NCBI RefSeq assembly: GCF_009831105.1
Contig: NZ_WUUQ01000007.1
Span: forward strand, 1 to 32,000
Length of the DNA: 32,000 nucleotides
Direction: 5' to 3'
Origin: Copranaerobaculum intestinale
Lineage (GTDB): Bacteria; Bacillota_I; Bacilli_A; Erysipelotrichales; Erysipelotrichaceae
In this document: piece after piece, positions 1 to 6,573 of the stretch
How positions within the stretch are numbered: position 1 is the stretch's first letter
Layout of the letters: every line of letters starts with the position of its first letter
The notes under the pieces: generated by a model
The model's database searches: none
Told to the model about the DNA's origin: nothing
Seen by the model: the letters and a program-made list of their open reading frames with translations, nothing else
Position numbers and translations under genes: made by a program

Positions 1-90
1 ACCTGTACCCATGCCGAACACAGCAGTTAAGCACTCCAGCGGCGACAATAACCGGGCCTGCCCCGTGTGAAGATAGCTCATTGCCAGGTG
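1..90 (+). rRNA. rrf: 5S rRNA, 3' portion (5' end lies upstream of the window)
   Basis: Bacterial 5S core CCCATGCCGAACACAGCAGTTAAGC at 8-32. The 3' end ...TTGCCAGGT closes helix I, and an intrinsic terminator follows directly. Confidence 0.9.
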
Positions 91-93
91 ATC

Positions 94-125
94 GACTCTC
101 TTCTCTTTGTTGAGAGTCTTTTTTT
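94..125 (+). terminator. Rho-independent terminator of the rRNA operon
   Basis: Stem GACTCTC (94-100) / GAGAGTC (112-118) with an 11-nt loop, then T-run 119-125. Confidence 0.85.
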
Positions 126-150
126 ATCATATTTGAAGGACTTGACAGCC

Positions 151-178
151 TTGATACAATCAAAGTATCTGGTATGAT
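151..178 (+). promoter_or_regulatory. Candidate sigmaA promoter for the transporter gene
   Basis: TTGATA (151-156), 16-nt spacer, TATGAT (173-178). The -10 overlaps the first copy of a 10-bp direct repeat. Confidence 0.45.
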
Positions 179-256
179 TCCATGTACTCTTTTTTGCTAA
201 TACGAAATCTGGTATGGTGAAATCAAATGGATGAATGCGATCGGGAAAGGAGGCAT

Positions 257-1090
257 ATGATCATGGATATATGGATGGATGCTTTTGGTGATTCCATGAA
301 GCTGTTACCTTTTTTATTGATTACTTATGTATTCATTGAATGGTATGAGCATGTCAGCAATCCGAATCTTTATACCCGTCTCATTTCTTTGCGCCGCTTC
401 GGCCCGCTGTTTGGGGCGCTGATCGGCTGTATACCCCAATGTGGGTTCTCGGTCATGGCTGCTTCACTGTTTGGAGAACGGGTTATCAGTGCCGGAACCC
501 TAGTTGCGGTCTTTATCTCTACCAGTGATGAAGCACTGCCAATTCTGATCGGTCATCCTGAAGCATTGGATACGCTGGGCTACATCCTTTTACTGAAGGT
601 GGGAATTGCGATTTTAGCGGGCTATTTGATTGATCGTTTCTGGGAAACTTCATTAGCATCAAAACAAATCACCGCGATGGGCTGTCAATGCTCAGAAGCA
701 CACGAATCCATCTGGTTGGCGGCAATCAAGCATACAGCGACGATCTTCCTCTTCCTATTTGTGATCAACTTAGGATTATCCTTTGTGATTGATATGATCG
801 GAACCAATGCGCTTTCATCACTTTTATTATCAGGTTCGCTTTTACAGCCGATTATGGCAGCCGTGATTGGTTTCTTGCCTAACTGTGCGGCCAGTGTACT
901 GCTTACACAGCTCTATTTGATCGATTCCATATCCTTTGGTTCGCTTTTAGCCGGTTTGATCAGCAGTGCCGGTATCGGTATTTTGATGTTATTTAAAGGC
1001 AATCCGCGTTTTCAAGAAAATATGCGGATTCTATTGCTGGTCTTTCTGATTGCCAGTGTTTCCGGAGTCTTTTTCCAGCTGATGGGATGA
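257..1090 (+). CDS. Multi-pass membrane protein, ArsP_2-type putative 10-TM heavy-metal/manganese exporter family
   Basis: Hydrophobic throughout. It has paired cysteine motifs IPQCGFS and LPNCAAS, typical as I recall of the 'putative 10TM heavy-metal exporter' family. Start moved from 227 to ATG 257 because AAAGGAGG (246-253) precedes it. Confidence 0.7.
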   Translation: MIMDIWMDAFGDSMKLLPFLLITYVFIEWYEHVSNPNLYTRLISLRRFGPLFGALIGCIPQCGFSVMAASLFGERVISAGTLVAVFISTSDEALPILIGHPEALDTLGYILLLKVGIAILAGYLIDRFWETSLASKQITAMGCQCSEAHESIWLAAIKHTATIFLFLFVINLGLSFVIDMIGTNALSSLLLSGSLLQPIMAAVIGFLPNCAASVLLTQLYLIDSISFGSLLAGLISSAGIGILMLFKGNPRFQENMRILLLVFLIASVSGVFFQLMG

Positions 1091-1122
1091 TCGTAAATTT
1101 AGCGGTTATCCCATCCTTTTTT
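1081..1122 (+). terminator. Probable intrinsic terminator overlapping the transporter stop codon
   Basis: GATGGGAT (1081-1088) pairs with ATCCCATC (1108-1115), followed by T-run 1117-1122. The 19-nt loop is large. Confidence 0.5.
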
Positions 1123-1126
1123 CATG

Positions 1127-1132
1127 TATAAT
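1127..1132 (+). promoter_or_regulatory. Candidate -10 box (TATAAT) for the five-gene array
   Basis: Perfect TATAAT preceded directly by TG. No good -35 is present. It lies 30 nt upstream of the TPR gene start. Confidence 0.4.
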
Positions 1133-1161
1133 GAATACATAGTATCAAAGGAGCAAATGGC

Positions 1162-2664
1162 ATGGACTATCGAAAAGAATTTGACCGGCTGGTGAATGAA
1201 CAACAGCTGACACAAGCGCTAGATTTTTTGGAACAAAATAAAATCGCAGTTCATGACGATGCTTTTTATTATGCGAATATGGGATGGGTATTGAACCAGC
1301 TGGAACGTTACGATGAAGCTTATGTCTATTTATCACAGGGACACGCCCGCTTCCCTGATGATGCGTGGCTCTGTGCGCAGCTTGGCTTTACCAGCAACCG
1401 TATTGAACGCCTGGAGGAAGGACGCGATCTGTTGCTTGAGGCATTGTCCATGGGACAGGATGAACCTTGGGTCCATGGTGAGTTGGGATGGACCTATCAT
1501 GAGCTTCATGAGAATGAAATGGCAATCCGCTATTATGAAAATGCTTTGATGGAGGAACCGGATAATACCTGGTTTTTAAAACAGGCAGCGTATAGCTATC
1601 GGGAGCTTGGAAATGATGAAGATGCTCTGTATGATTTAAAAAAGGCTCATGTGATTGATCCGGACGATTTGGAAATTACCATGGAGCTGATTGAATGCCT
1701 GGATACTGCTTGTGAGTATGAAACCCAGTTACAGCTATTGGATCATATTCGAGATAAGGGAGATGCCGGCTGGTGGTATTTTGAAAAGGGTGTTGCCTGT
1801 CTGCGGCTGAAACGTTATGAGGAAGCATGTGAGCTGTTGAGCCTGGCTTTTGAACAAGGCCGTGATGACACCGGCATTCATCAGGCGATCGGAGATGCCT
1901 ATATGGCCTTGACGGATAAAGCTAAGGCATATGAGCATTATCAAAAGGCAATTTCCTATTATGGTAAGGCACTGGAACGCGGTGATTACGAACCATGCGG
2001 ACTTTTATGGGAAATTGTGCTGATCTGCCGCAAAATGCAGGATTCTGCGCAGGAGCTTTCCTATTTGAAACAGATCGAGGCACTTGATCCTGAATACTAT
2101 GGCATGCTTGACGGTATGGCGCAGTATTACAGCGATCATAATGACCATGAACAGGCAGTCAAATATATAAAACGGATGCTGGAAATCCATGATGAAGGTG
2201 ATAACTGGGCATTGCTGGCATGGAATCTGGGAAGGCTTTCCAAACATGATGAAGCATTGATCTATCTACAAAAATGTGAGGAAGCCGGACGTGATGACAG
2301 CTGGCTGAATTTGGAACTGGCATGGAACCACTCGCGTCTTGAACATTATGAGATTTCCTTAAAATACTATCGCCGGGCGCTGCGTCAGGATCCGGGAAAT
2401 TGGTGGATTCAATCACAGGTCGCATGGAATTTAGGCGTTTTGTATCGGCATGAAGAAGCATTAAAGCTGTTTCTTGAGTGTCTTGAGAAAGGTGAGGAGC
2501 CGAAAGCATGGCTGTATTCCAACATTGGCTGGAATTATCGCAGTCTGAAACAATATGAACAAGCGATCTTCTATTATAAATTGGCGAAAGCTGCTGGACG
2601 TGATGACGCATGGCTTACCGAACAAATTACGGAAGTCGAAACACTCCTATGTGAAAAAGCCTGA
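1162..2664 (+). CDS. Cytoplasmic TPR-repeat protein (W-rich repeats)
   Basis: At least 10 copies of a roughly 34-40 aa unit with the pattern (G/A)W(N/T)h..L...(E/D)EA, often followed by GRDD.W. Examples: NMGWVLNQLERYDEA, ELGWTYHELHENEMA, LLAWNLGRLSKHDEA, QVAWNLGVLYRHEEA, NIGWNYRSLKQYEQA. RBS AAAGGAG lies upstream. Confidence 0.8.
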   Translation: MDYRKEFDRLVNEQQLTQALDFLEQNKIAVHDDAFYYANMGWVLNQLERYDEAYVYLSQGHARFPDDAWLCAQLGFTSNRIERLEEGRDLLLEALSMGQDEPWVHGELGWTYHELHENEMAIRYYENALMEEPDNTWFLKQAAYSYRELGNDEDALYDLKKAHVIDPDDLEITMELIECLDTACEYETQLQLLDHIRDKGDAGWWYFEKGVACLRLKRYEEACELLSLAFEQGRDDTGIHQAIGDAYMALTDKAKAYEHYQKAISYYGKALERGDYEPCGLLWEIVLICRKMQDSAQELSYLKQIEALDPEYYGMLDGMAQYYSDHNDHEQAVKYIKRMLEIHDEGDNWALLAWNLGRLSKHDEALIYLQKCEEAGRDDSWLNLELAWNHSRLEHYEISLKYYRRALRQDPGNWWIQSQVAWNLGVLYRHEEALKLFLECLEKGEEPKAWLYSNIGWNYRSLKQYEQAIFYYKLAKAAGRDDAWLTEQITEVETLLCEKA

Positions 2665-2701
2665 CTTCATGTTACAATATTGGTTACAAAGGAGGAATCC
2701 G

Positions 2702-3907
2702 ATGAAGAAGATTTTTCAATGCTTATTAGCCGGCCTGCTGGTATTAATGCTTAGCGGCTGCGGCGGTGACGGGCTGGAACTCACGCAGGAGGAAATGCTT
2801 GAGGATTATGATTCCATGTGGATTTCCATTGAGGAAAACTATCCGCACATGGCTGTTGCACAGCGGATCACCGGTAAAGATTTCAATCAGATAAAAGCAA
2901 CCTATCGTAAGAAGATTACGAAAGATATTTCACAGGAACAGTTTAAAGCGATCATAACGCTCTGCCTCGATGAATTTGACGGAGTCGGTCAGATGCATCT
3001 TTTGGATGATGATGAATATACATATTATTACCGCTATTACAAAAAGAATGCCACATCAGCCGAACATCTCAGCTATTTGTTTGATATTCTGAATTATTCT
3101 CAATCCAAGAGCTTTTATGATTATCCAAGTGATGGTGGTTTGCCGAAGGAAAAGACCTTTAGTAAGAATGTAGAAACGGCTATCCTGGAAGAAGGGCAGA
3201 TCGCCTATATTCAGATTCATTCCATGGATGTCAGCAAAATGGAAAAAGACGGTGCTAAGATCCGTAAGTTTCTGGAAAAGGTAAAGGATTATAAGGCCGT
3301 GATTCTTGATATTCAGGGAGTGACCAGCGGTTCTGAGCTGTATTGGCGAAAATATATCGTGCCGATGAATATTGAAAGGGAAACATCCTTTTCAATCTAT
3401 GGATTGGTAAAAGGCGGATTATCCAAGGAGTATCTGCATACGGAGCAGTCGCTTCAGCCGGTCAGCAGCTTGAAATCTATGGATAAACTGCTGGCAGATG
3501 ATATCAGTGGTATTACGGATTATGTAAAGAGCGACTTTGTTGTTCCAAGTGAAACAGGTAAGAAGCTGTTCAACGGGGCATTTTATCTGTTGGTCGATGA
3601 AAATGTCAGCGGTCCGGCAGAGACGTTTGCGATGTTTGCGAAAGAAAAGAAATTTGCTACACTGGTGGGAGAAAATACCGCCGGTGATACGCGGCGTTTA
3701 GAACCGATCATGGTGAGACTGCCAAATTCAGGACTGATTATGCGATTTGAGGCTTCCCATGAACTGAATGCGGACGGTTCCAGTAATATTGAATTCGGTA
3801 CCGCACCGGATATTTATAAGCAGGCGGGAAACGATGCATTGAAGCAGGCGGTAGAGTCGATTCATAAACGTTTTTCATTACCTGACAGTGAACCCGCGAA
3901 TGAATAA
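2702..3907 (+). CDS. Lipoprotein with S41 (C-terminal processing/tail-specific) peptidase-like domain
   Basis: Start set at ATG 2702 after AAAGGAGG. Signal peptide with lipobox LMLSGC. The C-terminal region LLVDENVSGPAETFAMFAKEKKFATLVGENTAGD resembles the S41 active-site block (..SASAAE.. / ..GE.T.G). Catalytic competence not verified. Confidence 0.6.
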   Translation: MKKIFQCLLAGLLVLMLSGCGGDGLELTQEEMLEDYDSMWISIEENYPHMAVAQRITGKDFNQIKATYRKKITKDISQEQFKAIITLCLDEFDGVGQMHLLDDDEYTYYYRYYKKNATSAEHLSYLFDILNYSQSKSFYDYPSDGGLPKEKTFSKNVETAILEEGQIAYIQIHSMDVSKMEKDGAKIRKFLEKVKDYKAVILDIQGVTSGSELYWRKYIVPMNIERETSFSIYGLVKGGLSKEYLHTEQSLQPVSSLKSMDKLLADDISGITDYVKSDFVVPSETGKKLFNGAFYLLVDENVSGPAETFAMFAKEKKFATLVGENTAGDTRRLEPIMVRLPNSGLIMRFEASHELNADGSSNIEFGTAPDIYKQAGNDALKQAVESIHKRFSLPDSEPANE

Positions 3908-3936
3908 TTCGGGGTTCTTTTCGTAAGGAGGAATTT

Positions 3937-4830
3937 ATGCAGGAGCGCTTATTTCGCATTGTGCAGATGCTGATGAAACACCGACACATGACGGCAAGGC
4001 AGCTTGCCGATGAACTGGAGGTGTCGACCCGTACCATTTACCGGGATTTGGATGCGCTGACAATGGGCGGAGTGCCGGTATATACCCAAAAAGGAGAGAA
4101 CGGCGGCATTTATCTGGATGAGCATTATGTGTTATCATCAACTTTGATTAACGCGCAGGAACAGGAAGCAATTTTGCAGGGCTTGAATCTGCTTCAAACG
4201 ACGCAAGCCCGTGATACCAAGCGCAGCAGTGAAAAGCTGGAGGCGCTGTTTCAGCGCAGCTATCCGCAGATCATCAACATCGATTTTCATGGGTGGGGCC
4301 GGGATGACCGTCAGGAATACCTATTTGATACCCTGTATCAGGCCATTCATATGCGGCGGCTCGTCTCTTTTGTATACTATAATTCGATGAAAGAAAAGGG
4401 TTTTCGCACCGTGGAACCGTATCAGCTGCTGTTTAAGGAACAGGCGTGGTATTTGTCAGCATATTGCCTGAAACGTCAGGATTTTCGTATTTTTAAGTTT
4501 AATCGGATTACCGGTTTGAAAATCACTGACGAAACCTATGCACCGCGTCCCCTTCCGAAAGAACCCGCACCGAAATTAGAATATGATCACCCTCATCCGA
4601 TCGTGCTGCATTTTGACAAATCAATCTGGTTCCAGTTGGCTGACTGTTTTGCGGTGGAAATGATCAAGGAGCTGCCGGACTGCTATGAAGTGGTCATCGA
4701 ATGCTCCCAAGAGGACTGGCTGGTATCCTGGCTGCTTACCTTTGAGGATCAGTTGGAAGTAATTTCTCCCTCGTCAATGCGTGAACGGATGTATAAGAAG
4801 CTGGTAAAAATGAAAAAAATATATGAATAA
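3937..4830 (+). CDS. YafY-family transcriptional regulator (N-terminal HTH + WYL domain)
   Basis: HTH RQLADELEVSTRTIYRDLDAL. WYL signature ...EPYQLLFKEQAWYLSAYCLKRQDFRIFKFNRI.... RBS AAGGAGG lies upstream. Confidence 0.85.
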   Translation: MQERLFRIVQMLMKHRHMTARQLADELEVSTRTIYRDLDALTMGGVPVYTQKGENGGIYLDEHYVLSSTLINAQEQEAILQGLNLLQTTQARDTKRSSEKLEALFQRSYPQIINIDFHGWGRDDRQEYLFDTLYQAIHMRRLVSFVYYNSMKEKGFRTVEPYQLLFKEQAWYLSAYCLKRQDFRIFKFNRITGLKITDETYAPRPLPKEPAPKLEYDHPHPIVLHFDKSIWFQLADCFAVEMIKELPDCYEVVIECSQEDWLVSWLLTFEDQLEVISPSSMRERMYKKLVKMKKIYE

Positions 4831-4886
4831 GACATCCCTTGTCATATACCTTATGGTATCATAGGAAAAAAGCGAGGTGCGTATCC

Positions 4887-5774
4887 ATGGCTGAACAGGA
4901 AATCAAAGCGAAGCATATCGTTTATCGGTCTAAAAGCCCGCTCTGGTTTGCGGCGGATTTTAATATGAATATCTACCGTGGCTGCTGCCATGGATGTATT
5001 TACTGCGATTCGCGCAGTGACTGTTATCACAATGATCATTTTGATGTGGTAAAGCCCAAAGCGGATGCCCTGCGGCTCATGGAAAATGATCTGAAGCATT
5101 TTCAGACCAAAGGTGTCATCAGTATGGGGGCAATGACCGATCCTTACAATCCGCTGGAAAGAAATTTGGAATTGACCAGAGGCGCATTGAAGCTCATCAA
5201 ACAGTATGGCTTTGGGGTCATTCTGGCTACCAAATCCGATCTGGTGCTGCGCGATGCCGATATCCTTTCGGATATTGCCAAACAGGCTCCGGTATTGGTG
5301 AAGATTACCATTACAACGATGAATGAAACGGATGCGAGTATCATTGAACCGTACTGTGCAAGCAGTGAAGCCCGCTTTGCCGCATTACAGAAACTACGGG
5401 AGGCAGATATTCCTGCTGGTATACTTTTGATGCCGATCCTGCCGTTTATCAATGATACCAATGAAAATGTTTCAGCGCTGATACAGCGTGCAAAAGCGTG
5501 CGATGTGAATTTCATTTATCCATATTTCGGGGTTACCCTGCGTGATGGTCAGCGGGAGTATTTTTTTGAAAAGCTAAGGGAGCATTATCCGGCTGCGCTA
5601 TTGAAGTATGAAAAATATTTTGCCCGCAAATACAATGCGGACAGTTATCGGTCGAAAGCGCTCTATGGGTTATTAGCCCGAGAATGTGCGCAAAGCGGTA
5701 TTTATTTCCGCATGAATGATATCATTCGTTTTTATAAAAAATCACATTTGGAGCAGCTTGCGTTTTTTTTATGA
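4887..5774 (+). CDS. Radical SAM protein, COG1533 / SplB-like ('DNA repair photolyase') family
   Basis: CX3CX2C cluster in NIYRGCCHGCIYCDSRS near the N-terminus, with the overall layout of the SPL-family radical SAM group. Start set at ATG 4887 (MAEQEI) rather than 4839. Confidence 0.75.
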   Translation: MAEQEIKAKHIVYRSKSPLWFAADFNMNIYRGCCHGCIYCDSRSDCYHNDHFDVVKPKADALRLMENDLKHFQTKGVISMGAMTDPYNPLERNLELTRGALKLIKQYGFGVILATKSDLVLRDADILSDIAKQAPVLVKITITTMNETDASIIEPYCASSEARFAALQKLREADIPAGILLMPILPFINDTNENVSALIQRAKACDVNFIYPYFGVTLRDGQREYFFEKLREHYPAALLKYEKYFARKYNADSYRSKALYGLLARECAQSGIYFRMNDIIRFYKKSHLEQLAFFL

Positions 5775-5806
5775 GCGGCGTGCTATACTAAAAGCAGGTG
5801 ATATCA

Positions 5807-6388
5807 ATGTGCGGACGATACTTTTTAAAATTGAATGATACATACGAGGCTTTTATTCGACTGAAAAATCGCTGTCAGCAGCTTGAAATAACAGGCTTTA
5901 GTGAAGGCGAAATTTATCCCTCGCAGCCGGTGCTGGCGCTGTTTCCCGATGGTGAAGATCACTATCGTCCGAATGTGGTGAAATGGGGAATGGATATTGG
6001 AAAGCCGCGTTTGATCATCAATGCCCGTCATGAAACAATGAATCAGCGATCCGCTTTTAGACCGTATGTGTCAAACCGCTGTGTCATTCCAGCAGATGGT
6101 TTTTATGAATGGAAGAAAATAAACGGGCGCAAGCATAAAATATTTATTGAGCGCTCAAATGGCCCGATGTTCATGGCTGGCCTTTGTAATCATAAGCGCG
6201 AAATGGTGATTATTACCGGGGCATCGCAGGATGAAATGGCAGATGTTCATGATCGTTCACCATTTCTGATGAATGAACAGGAAATGCTGAGCTATCTGTA
6301 TTTTCACCGGGGCTTGATCATGAACGATCAATACTTAAAGTTTACTGATCTCGATCGGCCTCAATCGGTGCAAATACCGCTTTTTTAG
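5807..6388 (+). CDS. SOS-response-associated peptidase (SRAP; YedK/HMCES family) abasic-site sensor
   Basis: Begins MCGRY (catalytic Cys2), so the start is placed at ATG 5807. Has the INARHET and VHDRSPF motifs (Asn/Glu and His of the SRAP triad). Confidence 0.85.
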   Translation: MCGRYFLKLNDTYEAFIRLKNRCQQLEITGFSEGEIYPSQPVLALFPDGEDHYRPNVVKWGMDIGKPRLIINARHETMNQRSAFRPYVSNRCVIPADGFYEWKKINGRKHKIFIERSNGPMFMAGLCNHKREMVIITGASQDEMADVHDRSPFLMNEQEMLSYLYFHRGLIMNDQYLKFTDLDRPQSVQIPLF

Positions 6389-6453
6389 TAAATTCATCAG
6401 CAGTTGCGATCATCGATGATGAAGGCCCTGGCTGTATGCTCTTTATCATATGA

Positions 6454-6477
6454 GGTAAGGGTAGCCTTGCCTTTTTT
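6454..6477 (+). terminator. Intrinsic terminator ending the five-gene array
   Basis: GGTAAGG / CCTTGCC stem (one G-U pair), GTAG loop, then TTTTTT (6472-6477). Confidence 0.75.
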
Positions 6478-6520
6478 CAGGTTTTGGGTTCGGACGATGC
6501 AGGACTTGAAGCTCAAAAAC

Positions 6521-6550
6521 TTGACATTTCTTTTGCCTGCATATTATAGT
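6521..6550 (+). promoter_or_regulatory. Candidate sigmaA promoter of activator gene 1
   Basis: TTGACA (6521-6526), then TATTAT/TATAGT in 6542-6550 (spacer 15-18). Confidence 0.5.
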
Positions 6551-6573
6551 AAGACTCAGAAAGCAGGTGGATC

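Noticed and set aside
126-256. Possible Mn (yybP-ykoY) or other riboswitch upstream of the putative metal exporter
   Set aside because: I could not find the conserved yybP-ykoY core or any other riboswitch signature I can recognise by eye. Only the 10-bp direct repeat stands out, and it is reported separately.
2555-2701. N-terminal extensions in the ORF track (2555, 4839, 5798, 18283, 19413 and 21197 starts)
   Set aside because: The extensions overlap upstream genes or lack an RBS. Internal ATGs with good Shine-Dalgarno sequences give canonical N-termini: lipoprotein signal peptide, MCGRY of SRAP, HTH of WYL, and SIS.
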